Shown: in pieces, positions 1 to 10,382 of the stretch
Position numbering within the stretch: position 1 is the stretch's first letter
Layout of the letters: every line of letters begins with the position of its first letter
Assembly (NCBI GenBank): GCA_963767735.1
Contig: CAVYES010000006.1
Span: 352,001-416,000, forward strand
Length of the DNA stretch: 64,000 bases
Source of the DNA: Candidatus Bathyarchaeota archaeon
GTDB taxonomy: Archaea > Thermoproteota > Bathyarchaeia > Bathyarchaeales > Bathycorpusculaceae
Direction: 5' to 3'
Notes under the pieces: generated by a model
Told to the model about the DNA's origin: nothing
The model's database searches: none
Seen by the model: the letters and a program-made list of their open reading frames with translations, nothing else
Made by a program: the position numbers and the translations under genes

Positions 1-372
1 AACGCGCAAAGTATTCGCAACGATCTCGTCATATTGGTAAGTGTTTAACTTTCTTCTGATTGCTCGACCTAAGCCTCCGAATGCATGTGTGGTTGTCAAA
101 ATTTTGCCGCCAGCGTTAAGAATGCGTTCCCGATTCTCAGGCGTCAATTCCTGAACGTCCTGCCCACCAAAGCCAGTGCTATGCGTAACCACCACAACAT
201 TGTAGTCGCTAAACATCTCCGCTGCCTTAACGCCGGTTTCTCCTCCGGTAGAAGCTACAACAACAGACCTGATTCCCAGCTCATCGGCTCGCTTTTTCGC
301 CGCATTCAAAACTGCGTTAAGGCTGACTTTTTTTGTCCCTTCAGACCTCTGCGCTTTCGCGTTTTGAGACAT
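1..372 (-). CDS. Pyruvate kinase C-terminal alpha/beta-like domain protein (COG1751/MTH1675-like), runs off the window edge
   Basis: Not in the ORF track. Manual translation from ATG at 372: MSQNAK...AAKKRADELGIRSVVVASTGEETGVKAAEMF..NVVVVTHSTGF...ILTTTHAFGGLGRAIRRK...IVANTLRV, open to position 1. Confidence 0.8.
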   Translation of the reverse strand, partial: MSQNAKAQRSEGTKKVSLNAVLNAAKKRADELGIRSVVVASTGGETGVKAAEMFSDYNVVVVTHSTGFGGQDVQELTPENRERILNAGGKILTTTHAFGGLGRAIRRKLNTYQYDEIVANTLRV

Positions 373-492
373 ACCGCTTCACCTAACAAAGGGCACTCTT
401 AACCAAAATTTAACGTTTACTGAAACATTTTTTGCAGTAACTCAAACGCTATCTTTACTTAGAACAAAAAGTTACTTTTCATTAGATCTAAT

Positions 493-2114
493 TTACGTTC
501 GCCTAATCACGTAAAGAGCTATACACAGTTCTGCAAATGTTACTCCACCCAAGGTCAATGTTGCAAATGCATGGTTAAACGAGAAAAGGTAAACCAAAGC
601 ATATGCAATTTCTGGCACGAAAACCGTTAAGAGTCCAACTAAAATTTTTTCCGCATCATTTACTACCCCGGCTATTTTACTTTTGCCGACGGACCGTAAA
701 AAAATTGTGATCTCAAAGATGCTTGCAGAAGCAATTGAAATTACCATGAAAAAAGGTATCAGAATCATTAACCACGATGTAGGCGGCTTAAACAACGCTA
801 GACAAAGCAAAGCAAAGGGAACTGGAACGAAAGTTGCCATGGTTATTAGAGCTTTAGACGTCAACAGTCTTTGGGAAGTAATTGGTAATGTTTTAGTGTA
901 CTCTATTCCTTTGCCTTCAGAAGTCAAAAGTGCTAGAGGGATTAAAAGACCAAAAAACGCACCCATAGAAGTAGCAACAAGCACCGTTGACGCCCTCAAA
1001 AACTCTACATTCCGCGCCAAAAAAGCTACAATCACCGTCTCAAAAACAGGAAGCACAAAAAAGAATGCAGTAGCCGGATTCCTCGAAGTAACCCTTAGAT
1101 CCTTCACGACATAACCTCGCAAAGGACCTCGCGACTTTATCTGAAAATCCACAGCTCTTAATCGATCAATTTTAACACCTACCCCATGAGAAATACGATT
1201 CACTGTGCCTAAGCTCCACTTGGCTGAAAACCACGCGCCTAACACATAAATTGCCATAGCAACCGATGCCCCAAACAAAGTGAAATCAGGCACAATGGAA
1301 CCAGACAATTTTGTAACGATCAAACCGACTGAAAACGGATAGATTAAACTGAGCAGAATACCTCCTAAGTGTTAACGCTAAGCAACACCTTGTCCAAAAT
1401 TGGGAGAACATAGTAAGGTACGCTCATAAGTAAGCCTACTCCAAAAAGCAAGCATCCCCAGAGCAAGACGAAGAAACCACGAAAAACTGTAGTGCGCTTT
1501 GACCTTCCACCACGCATATAATTCTTATGAAAAACGCTTGAGAGCCATAGTGCAACAGCGACGGCAAATACGGAATTCATCAAAGAAGCAACAAACATAA
1601 GCGCAGTAGCCAAGGGAGACAACGTAAAGTAGGCAACCAAAACAACCTGACTCAAAACAGAACCCACCACTAAGTAATCTACAGACCTGATAAAAGAAAA
1701 CAAAGTAATTAATGAAAAATCATTCGAAGAAATCGGCAAAGTAGAAAGCAAAGCTGAAGATTCCGCGCCGACAAAAGAAGAAAGCGTCTGAATCGCATAC
1801 AAAGTCATAAACCCAAACGTTATAGCTAAACTAAGAGAAACCGAACCGCTCAAACCAAACGCTGATGAGCCCAGCAAAAATGAACCGAAAGGAATTATTG
1901 AAACCGCAACATTAAAAACCGCAATAATTAGTTTATCAAACTTAGCAATCTGCAACGCTTTTTTGCTTAACTCAAAATCGTCAGACACATCTTTGTTAGT
2001 CGCGTTTCTTCCAAAAGCGCCCCACCACATCCGATTTCTTTCCTGCGCTAATGACCTAAACACTACTTCTCTGTAGGGTAGTTTGCTTAAGCGCCAAGCT
2101 TCAGTGAGCTTCAT
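493..2114 (-). CDS. Multi-pass ABC exporter permease, split by a single-base frameshift near 1368 (track ORFs 1365..2171 and 493..1323)
   Basis: Both halves are hydrophobic. Adding one base at AAC ACT TAG GAG restores ...NTLGGILLSLIYPFSVGLIVTK, which continues into the second ORF. It overlaps the end of the ABC ATPase gene. Confidence 0.7.
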
Positions 2115-2913
2115 TTCCAAAGAATGCCTCCCTAAGCATCCTTGTCCTATCCGCAACCGCGGCCTCTTCATTAGTCAACTTCAAAAACACCTCTTCTAAA
2201 GATGAACCCTGGTCGTCAGTTTTACTTCTCAACTGCTCCAGCGTTCCCTCAGCAATTACTTTGCCCTGATCAATAATTCCAATCCTCGTGCAGAGATGCT
2301 CAGCAATCTCCATTATATGCGTAGAAAACAAAACTGCTCCACCCCGCTGGACTTGCAAAGACATTAGATCCTTTACAACTCGGCTACTCTTTGCATCCAA
2401 CCCGTTCAAAGGCTCATCCAAGAGCAAAACAGGCGGTTGATGAATAAGCGCAGCAATCAAAGCAACTTTCTGTTTAAGCCCCATTGACAAAGTTGCAATC
2501 GGGGAATCAAAATACTGTGACAAATCAAAAACGTCCGCAAGTCGAGACACTACTCGATTAGCAGCAGCTTGATTAATTCTGCGCATCGACACTACAAACT
2601 CAAAAAAATCCCTCGGAGACAAGCTTTCATAGACTATGGAGTTCTCTGCGACGTAACCAATCCTCGACTTAACATCCAACGGCTCCGAGAAGGGGTCAAA
2701 GCCACACAGCTTCACTTTGCCCGAGTAAGGCATCACTAGTCCCATCAAAACCTTGATCGTGGTTGTTTTTCCTGCGCCGTTTGGACCTAGCAGCCCAAAA
2801 ATTTCTCCTGGCATGACTCGTAAACTTAAGTTATCTAATGCCAAAAATGATCCAAAACGCACTGAGACATCTGAAACCTCAACTAAAGGCTCCGCAGATA
2901 AATCTCTGGACAA
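2101..2913 (-). CDS. ABC transporter ATP-binding protein
   Basis: Walker A GPNGAGKTT, signature LSMGLKQK, Walker B LLLDEP, H-loop STH. Confidence 0.95.
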   Translation of the reverse strand: MSRDLSAEPLVEVSDVSVRFGSFLALDNLSLRVMPGEIFGLLGPNGAGKTTTIKVLMGLVMPYSGKVKLCGFDPFSEPLDVKSRIGYVAENSIVYESLSPRDFFEFVVSMRRINQAAANRVVSRLADVFDLSQYFDSPIATLSMGLKQKVALIAALIHQPPVLLLDEPLNGLDAKSSRVVKDLMSLQVQRGGAVLFSTHIMEIAEHLCTRIGIIDQGKVIAEGTLEQLRSKTDDQGSSLEEVFLKLTNEEAAVADRTRMLREAFFGNEAH

Positions 2914-3015
2914 CCTACCAGCACTCCGCTAAATCGCAATCAAAGACATCGGTGCCTTAAAAAATTAATCTTTCTGGATTATGGATCAACATCAACGGTT
3001 ATGCTGGTCTTGGGT

Positions 3016-3282
3016 TTATTTCAAATCCGTATTTGCTGGAGGTTTCTTCTTTGTGGAGTTGTGTTTTATCATTTCCTCATTTATTTTGGGGATTATTATT
3101 CGTCCGTCTTTGTTCATTTTTGTTTAGAAGGTTTCGTCGATTCCGCGGCCGAACAATCGGACGTGTACTGTTAGGAGTTGGGTGGGTTCTAATTTGAATT
3201 CCCATCTGATGAGTGTGGGGATTTGGATTCGGTTTCATTTCCCTATGACTGCTTTGAAGCTTACTGAGTGTGTTAGGGGGTT
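3016..3282 (-). pseudogene. Decayed tandem AbrB/MazE/SpoVT-like (swapped-hairpin) DNA-binding protein
   Basis: Manual translation PLTHSVSFKAVIGK*NRIQIPTLIRWEFKLEPTQLLTVHV...ETF*TKMNKDGRIIIPK shows two AbrB-like motifs. Start codon lost; in-frame stops at 3235-3237 and 3124-3126. Confidence 0.6.
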
Positions 3283-3303
3283 AAACCTTTTCCTGCCAAA
3301 TAC

Positions 3304-3430
3304 AACCGTTAAACCAGACTTAACCATTATTAACCGTTTTTAACCGTAGCCTAACTTTAATTTAAAGTCTAAACCAAAAAAGCAACCTAAAACACAAAAA
3401 GCACACACTTCCAAAGTGCAAATCCCGTCG
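3304..3430 (+). repeat. Dispersed element copy A: 10-bp periodic AACC array plus conserved CTAAACCAAAAAAGCAACC core
   Basis: AACC at 3312, 3322, 3332 and 3342. Core at 3369-3395 matches copies at 8044, 12784 and 21471-21496(-). Confidence 0.8.
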
Positions 3431-3510
3431 GGCACTGCTTTCTAATTTCTGTAGCATCAGCATAAGTCTTATAAAAAGATCGGTTGCATATGTAACAGGC
3501 GGTTGACTGG

Positions 3511-5160
3511 ATGTCACAAGCGACTGTTTCCAAAGTCAAAAAATTCATTTTACCATATTCTGTATCTGTTGGTGGGAAGGAGTCTGGTGGTTCTGATTTG
3601 GAGTTGGCTGCTGTTTATGCGGTGGCTGAAACTGATCGTCGAAAGGGCGGGCTTCTGAGGCATGCGAAAGAAGCAATTGAATTTATCGCGAAGATTGGGT
3701 ATCCACTGTGGTCTTTTCCCCACTCAAAAAATGTTTTCTTGTTCGATGGTTTGAACGTTTCAAAATATATTTTGCCCTACGCGGATATCGGCAACGTCAA
3801 CACGTTTATAGACGGCTTGAAAAGTAGCTCCAAAAACAGTGAAAGCTACACCTCTTTTATAGCTGAACAAGCCAAATGTTTCTCAGAGCCGAACACAAAA
3901 AACAGTCTCGAACTCAAAGGTTTAATAGCCGATTCTGCTTTCATCGGGGAATTTAGCTTGCATAGAGAAGAAGCGAGCACCTCACAAGATGAATTCGCAT
4001 TAACTGGGTTGTTAGCCCCACGAATCAACGAATCAGCGCTCTTGTCAATAACAGAGGAGATCGCCAATCTGGCATTAACCTTCAAAAAAGAAGTAAAGGA
4101 ACTAAACAACAGCATCCATTTTTTGGGCAAAACCTCCCTTGCATTTCACGGTGAAATTCACGACCAAATCACGGCTGTCAAAGAAGAGGCATCCTTAGAA
4201 ATCAATGACGAGGAAGCCAGAATCGCTCCCCACCTCAAAGCCATAGAACACCAATACAACAATGAAATAGTTGACTTAGCCAGATCTATTGAAGATAAAC
4301 GGGTACCTTTGCACTCGGAAATAATCCGACTTAAAAAATCCAGCGCAGAAGCCGACCGACGGATTGCAAAATACAGCGAGAATGAAAAATCGGCTGCTAA
4401 AAGTGACAAAACGGGGAAAGATGATTGGAAACTCAAAATCAAGAATGTAAAAGAAGAGCTCTCAGACATCGAAAAACAGATCAAAACAAAAGAAAAGGCC
4501 ATTGAAGAGTTGCAAAAGAAGCAAGCCTCGGAAACTGCCAAACTGAAAGCCGCGTTGGAAGCAGAAGTTCTAAAAACACGAAGTAAAATCGTTGATGTAG
4601 AAGCTTCTCGAGACGCCAAAGTTTTACTTATGCGTCAAGAAATCGATACCTTGGAGAAAAACACAAAGCTACTTAGCGATCGGATTATGGAAATAATCAA
4701 AAATAGAGAATCAAATATCGGCGACATAGAAAAAATTCACACAACCTCCTTTTCCGATGAGTTAGATAAAGCGGTCTTTTACGTTCCAAACTACGTGATT
4801 TGCTACAACTCTGGAGAGAAAAGGCGTTATGTTTCGTTGCCGCCGTCTTGCATAAGCGAAGTGGGCATTTCAGCTAAGCTTAAAGGAGCTTTGGGCGCGG
4901 CAAAAATCAGATCATGCTTTTCTCCAAGGCTAAAGGAAATGGCTTTGCTATCAGAAACCGTAGAGAAGCAGAGCGAGGAAGACTCCGTTTTTGAGACGGA
5001 GCTAAAGCAGCTTGGGGAGGAAAACAATATTTTGAAGGTGAGTTTTCTCGGCGAGGCAATCGAGAAAGGATTGTTAAGTTTAAGGGAAAAAGGCTGGTTG
5101 AGCGATAAAGAGTTTGGGGCTATTGCGGCAAGCGCCAAGAAAGACCTCACGCTTCCTTAA
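3511..5160 (+). CDS. Hypothetical protein with a long central coiled coil
   Basis: 549-aa ORF with a K/E-rich heptad-like middle and globular-looking termini; TATA-like TTATAAA upstream at ~3469. Confidence 0.8.
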   Translation: MSQATVSKVKKFILPYSVSVGGKESGGSDLELAAVYAVAETDRRKGGLLRHAKEAIEFIAKIGYPLWSFPHSKNVFLFDGLNVSKYILPYADIGNVNTFIDGLKSSSKNSESYTSFIAEQAKCFSEPNTKNSLELKGLIADSAFIGEFSLHREEASTSQDEFALTGLLAPRINESALLSITEEIANLALTFKKEVKELNNSIHFLGKTSLAFHGEIHDQITAVKEEASLEINDEEARIAPHLKAIEHQYNNEIVDLARSIEDKRVPLHSEIIRLKKSSAEADRRIAKYSENEKSAAKSDKTGKDDWKLKIKNVKEELSDIEKQIKTKEKAIEELQKKQASETAKLKAALEAEVLKTRSKIVDVEASRDAKVLLMRQEIDTLEKNTKLLSDRIMEIIKNRESNIGDIEKIHTTSFSDELDKAVFYVPNYVICYNSGEKRRYVSLPPSCISEVGISAKLKGALGAAKIRSCFSPRLKEMALLSETVEKQSEEDSVFETELKQLGEENNILKVSFLGEAIEKGLLSLREKGWLSDKEFGAIAASAKKDLTLP

Positions 5161-5191
5161 CTTTTTGGTAATAGGCTAGTGTGGTGGGAGA

Positions 5192-5674
5192 TTGGTTGCC
5201 GTCGGCGATGAGGCTCCGGATTTCACTCTGAAGTCGGATAAAGAAAGGCAAGTTTCTTTAAAGGATTTTAGGGGTAAAAAAGTTGTGCTTTACTTTTATC
5301 CTAAGGATGGGACGTCTGGCTGCACGACTGAGGCACTTGATTTTAAGGATGCTGCGGGACAGTTTGCCAAAGAGGGCGCAGTGATTTTGGGTGTTAGCAA
5401 AGATAGTGTTGTGTCTCATCAGAAATTTAGGGAGAAGCATCAGTTGCCGTTCACGTTGCTTAGTGATCCACAAGCCAAAGTGTTAAATGAGTATGGGGTT
5501 TGGAAGGAGAAAGTTCTTTACGGAAGAAAATTCATGGGAACCGAAAGAACAACGTTTCTAATCGATGAAAAAGGAATCATAAGAAAAATATACACAAAAG
5601 TAAAGCCAGAAGGACACGCCCAAACGTGCCTGCTAGATTTGACAAAAACAACTAGGCTCTTCTTGCCTAAATAA
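5192..5674 (+). CDS. bcp: Thioredoxin-dependent peroxiredoxin, BCP/PrxQ family
   Basis: VVLYFYPKDGTSGCTTEA, GVSKDS, LLSD, ERTTFLIDEKG. Confidence 0.93.
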   Translation: MVAVGDEAPDFTLKSDKERQVSLKDFRGKKVVLYFYPKDGTSGCTTEALDFKDAAGQFAKEGAVILGVSKDSVVSHQKFREKHQLPFTLLSDPQAKVLNEYGVWKEKVLYGRKFMGTERTTFLIDEKGIIRKIYTKVKPEGHAQTCLLDLTKTTRLFLPK

Positions 5675-5880
5675 GCAACTCCCAAAAGAAAGTTAATTAC
5701 CTCCATATTTAGCATTCAACATGCAAATTAATTAGATGGTCAGACCCAACTTTTGTTAGAGATTGCATCGTTCTAAATCGAGTACTATTCATAGACGTGT
5801 CTGCTTTGGTGATGAATTTTTGGCGTTGCCGACAGCTATTTAACTCTATAACAAACAAGTAATCGAATGGGTGAAAAGAA

Positions 5881-6159
5881 ATGAGCAAGGTTGAGACTGA
5901 GTTAAAAGGAAAGATTGAGGAATTAATCAGGCAGAAGGCAGAATCATCTGAAACTGATGAGCTTTCAGACTCAGAACACGGGTATGTGGATGCTCTGATA
6001 TGGCTTAAAGAAGGCTCAATTCAGTTAACTAATGAAGGCATTGGAAAAGAAATTGTGGAGCGAACATATGCGGACAAAGACCCAAGCAAAGAATACTGCG
6101 ATGGCTACGACTCTGCACTTAAACTGGTTTTAAAAATGCTAATTGAATTGAAAAAATAG
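5881..6159 (+). CDS. Hypothetical protein
   Basis: 92-aa ORF with GGTGA RBS-like site; internal repeat (GYVDAL / GYDSAL). Confidence 0.65.
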   Translation: MSKVETELKGKIEELIRQKAESSETDELSDSEHGYVDALIWLKEGSIQLTNEGIGKEIVERTYADKDPSKEYCDGYDSALKLVLKMLIELKK

Positions 6160-6221
6160 TATATTCTAAACGAATAGTTTCCATAATGAAAGGAAAAATG
6201 GATGAAGCCATTGTTCTAAAC

Positions 6222-6276
6222 GCGAATTGGCCAGATCGCCAACGGATGAGAGTTCAATTCCCATCCCCCAGCTCCA
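6222..6276 (+). repeat. Degenerate tRNA 3'-half-like repeat, copy 1
   Basis: 36 of the first 41 nt are identical to 13783-13823. Contains T-loop-like GTTCAATTCCC and ends in CCA. Confidence 0.6.
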
Positions 6277-6322
6277 CGCTGACACACATAGCTCTTGTGA
6301 ATAAGACTATTTTTCTGATCCT

Positions 6323-7600
6323 TCAAGCTTCTATTAGCCAATCGATAAAAGGTTTGAACCTGATCGTAGTGTTACCAACCTTGAGGGTTTCTGAGGTATC
6401 TTTGGTGAGTATAAGTGAAGTGCTTGGTTTGAGTTCTTGTATGCATGAGATTAATCCGGCGACCTCTCTGTTCTCGGTCGCAGCACTGTTCAAATCGTAG
6501 ACCACTTGGTATGCTACGTCAACGTCGTTTCCGCGCTTAACCACAAAATCAGCTTCTTCACCAGCGTTATTTCGCCAGTAGCAGATTTCTTGATCTTTTA
6601 ATCTTCTTTTGAGTTCAAGCAAAACGGCGTTTTCATACAACCGTCCCCAATCAGTCTTTCCAGTGGCAGCGTATGAAAATCCAACGTCCCCGCAGTATGC
6701 TTTGCGGGGGTATACTGAGCGGGCTTTTATGCTGTGAGAGTACACTGGGATAAAAAAGAAAAGGTAACTTGCCTCGGCGTATTTTTCAAGCAGCAGCAAC
6801 TTTTCCTTGCCTATTTTATACCCTAGACTTTTGAAGAAATTTAGGCACTTCGAGGCTGAGAAGTACGTGCTCTGGATTACGCATCTCCCGAAAGTTGCAA
6901 CTGTTGTGGGGTCTTCGTGTGAAACCTCTGCGACGTCGAGCCCCACAATATCCTTGAAGTACGAGTCAAGAATCCTTACTTTATCTATTGCATCTTCTGC
7001 TAGGACGACCTCGGGAAACCCTCCGAACTGTAGATACTCGGAAAGTGCATGCTCCAGTCTTCCTCGGCCAGCCGTGGTATTCTCAAGATCGATGTGTCTG
7101 AAAATCAAAAACTCTCTGAAAGACAGCGGAAAAAGTTCAATTGGAAGTATTCGACCACGCAACGGCTTGTTAGGAACAACCAAACTCTTCCGTGAAGAAC
7201 CCACCACAAGGTTAAGCCTGCCCTTGAGAAGTTCATGTGTTCTTGCGAGCCAACCGCTCCAATCGTTCGCACTTGTTATTTCATCAAGCAACAAGAAACC
7301 CTCATCGCCAAACCACTTGAGAATCTGATCCAGAACGTCTTTTTCTGCCCAAAGGCGGCTATCCTCCACATTGACATAACAGACCTTTTTTCCTTCTTTT
7401 GCAAGCTTCTGAGCCAGCAGCATCAAAATGCTTGATTTGCCACAGCGTCTTATGCCTGTGACAGCAACTATTTTTGATTGCGAATTACGCTCAACTGCGT
7501 CAAGATTCACATTACGCGGAAGGAGTGCTTTCCGTAGGGCATATGTGTTCCATTCTTCGAAAAGTCGTGAGGTTTCCATAATTGTTCTGCTACAGAACAT
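6323..7600 (-). CDS. AAA+ ATPase, AAA_14 + DUF4143 type
   Basis: GIRRCGKS, LLLDEI, LFPLSFREF, GGFPE, LYENAV, and C-terminal EADFV nuclease-like motif. Confidence 0.9.
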   Translation of the reverse strand: MFCSRTIMETSRLFEEWNTYALRKALLPRNVNLDAVERNSQSKIVAVTGIRRCGKSSILMLLAQKLAKEGKKVCYVNVEDSRLWAEKDVLDQILKWFGDEGFLLLDEITSANDWSGWLARTHELLKGRLNLVVGSSRKSLVVPNKPLRGRILPIELFPLSFREFLIFRHIDLENTTAGRGRLEHALSEYLQFGGFPEVVLAEDAIDKVRILDSYFKDIVGLDVAEVSHEDPTTVATFGRCVIQSTYFSASKCLNFFKSLGYKIGKEKLLLLEKYAEASYLFFFIPVYSHSIKARSVYPRKAYCGDVGFSYAATGKTDWGRLYENAVLLELKRRLKDQEICYWRNNAGEEADFVVKRGNDVDVAYQVVYDLNSAATENREVAGLISCIQELKPSTSLILTKDTSETLKVGNTTIRFKPFIDWLIEA

Positions 7601-7700
7601 CTTATATAATTTTCTGTTTTATTTTAGAACAGTTTATCAAACACAGATATTGGAAAATGGAAACATGTAGAATTCCTCATTGAAAAATGCATCACATGCA

Positions 7701-7760
7701 CGGTTCAGGCGACAGCCTGCAGAGCTGTTATATACAGGTTCAATTCCAACCCTCTGCCTT
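7701..7760 (+). pseudogene. tRNA-Cys(GCA) remnant
   Basis: Perfect anticodon arm ACAGC-CTGCAGA-GCTGT (7712-7728) followed by ACAGG-TTCAATT-CC. The T-stem 3' side and acceptor stem do not pair. Confidence 0.6.
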
Positions 7761-8024
7761 TTAACTCAACGTAATTGATTTCAGCTCAAAAATCGCTGGG
7801 CCTTGGCAAACGGCAAGGAAGTGTCAAATAGGCGCAAAAGAACGTATAAACAGTGCAAAAACACGTATAAACCTCGTCTGGGAGCTTCACAAATTCAAGG
7901 CACTCTAACCGTTTTCTTAAGTGCTTAAGCGTTTCTAACCTCAATTTAAGCCTATTTTGACTTGAAATTTTGCGTTTTTTGAAGATTTAGCTTCAATTTA
8001 ACCTATCCACTGCGCGCCAAAAAC

Positions 8025-8098
8025 CCTGCAAAAACTTCAAGCTCTAAACCAACAGAGCAACCCAAAACAACAAGAACAAAATCCCGCCGAAACCCGTC
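8025..8098 (+). repeat. Dispersed element copy B core
   Basis: CCTGCAAAAACTTCAAGCTCTAAACCAACAGAGCAACCCAAAACAACAAGAACAAAAT aligns gap-free with 12765-12822. A weaker ~10-bp array lies at 7821-7872. Confidence 0.75.
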
Positions 8099-8199
8099 AA
8101 TAACATTTGTTCAAAGTTAAATACGAATGTGGGATTATGAATAGGTCAAACGTCCGCAGGAAAAGGGCTTGGACGATAACATCTTTGAAGGTTGAAAAA

Positions 8200-8865
8200 A
8201 TGAAGGTTCTAGCAATTAACGGAAGCCCAAGAAAAACTTGGAACACAGCGACAATGCTCAACAAGGCACTTGAAGGTGCAGCCTCTGAAGGTGCCAAAAC
8301 AGAAATCATCCATTTGTATGACCTTAACTTTAAAGGTTGCACAAGCTGTTATGCCTGTAAGCTAAAGGGCGGGAAAAGCTACGGAAAATGCGCCTACAAA
8401 GACGAGCTAACGCCGGTTCTCAAAAAAATTCGTGAAATCGATGCGCTTATCCTCGGCTCACCCATCTACATCGGCACAGTAACCGGAGAAATGAAGAAAT
8501 TCCTGGAACGCCTAATCTTCCCCTATATGGTCTATGATCCCAACCATTCTTCCCTGTTCCCAAAGGAGATTCCAGTAGGATTCATATACACAATGGGGGC
8601 AAACGAAATCCGCCAAAAAGAGATGGGTATAGACCCGTACATTCGCCTAAACGAGATGATATTGGGCAGAATCTTCGGGGCATCAGAATCATTAGTCGCC
8701 ACTGATACATACCAATTCGAAGACTACACAAAATATGTCTCTTCGTTTAGCGTCAGCGCGTGGGAAGAAAAAATTAAGAGACGCAAGGAAGTGTTCCCAC
8801 TCGACTGCGAAAAGGCATACCAGATGGGCGTAAAGTTTGCCAAAAAAACAGAAGAGCAAAAGTAA
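8200..8865 (+). CDS. Flavodoxin-like iron-sulfur flavoprotein / NADPH-dependent FMN reductase family
   Basis: MKVLAINGSPRKTWNT, CTSCYAC..C, GSPIY. Confidence 0.9.
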   Translation: MKVLAINGSPRKTWNTATMLNKALEGAASEGAKTEIIHLYDLNFKGCTSCYACKLKGGKSYGKCAYKDELTPVLKKIREIDALILGSPIYIGTVTGEMKKFLERLIFPYMVYDPNHSSLFPKEIPVGFIYTMGANEIRQKEMGIDPYIRLNEMILGRIFGASESLVATDTYQFEDYTKYVSSFSVSAWEEKIKRRKEVFPLDCEKAYQMGVKFAKKTEEQK

Positions 8866-9050
8866 GAAAGGGACTGCCTTGTCCACTTACTATGAGTTGA
8901 GCGCGTTAACGTTGATTGATAATAGGGCGCGTAGACAAGAATGTTCGTATTTGACAGGACTTCCCAAAATCAAGTAACCAAAGAAACTCAAACTCTACCT
9001 TGAAACATGTCGCCTTCTATTGATGATTAAAACTGTGTAATACAAGTGGC

Positions 9051-9359
9051 TTATTTTAGCAGTTTTATGCTTTCTTCTAGACTCATGGCTAGCTTGATTT
9101 CGTTGGTGTTCCAAGCCATCCATTTTATCATAGCGGGTTCCATGGAGAATTTCTGAAGGTTTTCTGAACTTGGGGCTTCATACACCCAAACAGTCAAATG
9201 CTCAGGAATAACAGTCCAAACTCCAATTCTTTTAATACCATGTTTCTTTTCCAAGTCATCCAATTTTTCGGGCAACTCTAACGTTATTTTTTTCATTTTC
9301 TCATTATTTAAAGGGCAGTTCTCAGGAGAATGCCTAGAAATAATCAAAAACGTGGGCAT
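9051..9359 (-). CDS. Small dimeric alpha/beta-barrel protein (DUF3303/GYD-like)
   Basis: FLIISRHSPENCP...EHLTVWVYEAPS pattern. Confidence 0.6.
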   Translation of the reverse strand: MPTFLIISRHSPENCPLNNEKMKKITLELPEKLDDLEKKHGIKRIGVWTVIPEHLTVWVYEAPSSENLQKFSMEPAMIKWMAWNTNEIKLAMSLEESIKLLK

Positions 9360-9520
9360 AAAAATACTTCCAATTAAAATCTAGACGAAGGTAACCTATA
9401 AACTTTCAATTTAGGGACAAGGCAACGCGCTAGCCACACCACCCCTAATCATGAGCGTGGCGAAAAACGGATATTCTGCAAGAGGCTCACTTTACCTCAC
9501 AGCTAAGACAGTGAGTTGAT

Positions 9521-10285
9521 GTGTTGGAAGCCGCTAGAGCACTCTCACAATTTGGGGTAATATTCGATTTCGATGGCACGTTAATGGATTCTTATACTTG
9601 TAGAAAACTTGCACACATTCAAGTTGCCAATATTCTTGCAGATTATGGAAAAGAACAAGGATGCCAAATAGACAAAGAAGCTATGGTTGCGCTTATTTCT
9701 GATATTGATAGGGAAATGAGTGCAAAGCTGATTTACGCTAGAAAAGTTTGGTTTTCGGAAGCGGTTAAAAGATACTGCACGTCAGCTTTGAAGATGCCCA
9801 GGCGGGTTTTATCGGAAGCCGTTCTGAGCTACTGGAATACCATAGTCAAATATTCTCTTCCTTATCCCGGAGTGGTGGATTTGCTTGTTTCTCTTAAGAT
9901 GAAGAATATGCATTTAGGAATGGTTAGCGATACTGATGGGCTAAAAGGAATGAAATATCAAAGGCTGTGCTTGTCTGGACTGATCGGCTTTTTTGATGCA
10001 ATTGTTGTTTCAGGAGAGGACACAAAGGAAACAAAACCTGACAAGCACCCGTTTATCAAAATTTGTGCCCTTCTCAAAATCGCGCCTGCCAATTGCGTAT
10101 ATGTTGGAGATAACCCAGCTGTGGATGTTGCCGGTGCAGAACAAATAGATATGAAAACTATCCTGATAAGAAATTCAGCTGCTAACTTTCATGAAACCAA
10201 ATTCAAGGCTGACTGTATATTGGCAAGAGAGAGGTTCAGCGAACTTGAGTTAATAATACAAAAGCTGGTATTAACCAATAAATAA
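9521..10285 (+). CDS. HAD-superfamily hydrolase
   Basis: DFDGTL motif I, KPD, YVGDNPAVDVAGA. Confidence 0.92.
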   Translation: MLEAARALSQFGVIFDFDGTLMDSYTCRKLAHIQVANILADYGKEQGCQIDKEAMVALISDIDREMSAKLIYARKVWFSEAVKRYCTSALKMPRRVLSEAVLSYWNTIVKYSLPYPGVVDLLVSLKMKNMHLGMVSDTDGLKGMKYQRLCLSGLIGFFDAIVVSGEDTKETKPDKHPFIKICALLKIAPANCVYVGDNPAVDVAGAEQIDMKTILIRNSAANFHETKFKADCILARERFSELELIIQKLVLTNK

Positions 10286-10382
10286 TAAACATCAATTCAA
10301 ACCAGCAAAATCTAATATCAAAATCTACTTTTCAATTCAGGGAAATAGTGAGGTAGCATAAAAAAAAACGTTTATTATGCCA

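Noticed and set aside
5809-5850. GTGATGA...CCGA as a C/D-box sRNA
   Set aside because: No terminal D box (CTGA) or C' box at the expected distance.
6186-6500. ORFs 6186..6500 and 13681..13914 sharing ANW..RQRMRVQFP
   Set aside because: The shared peptide is just the translation of the tRNA-like DNA repeat, and the first ORF overlaps the ATPase antisense.
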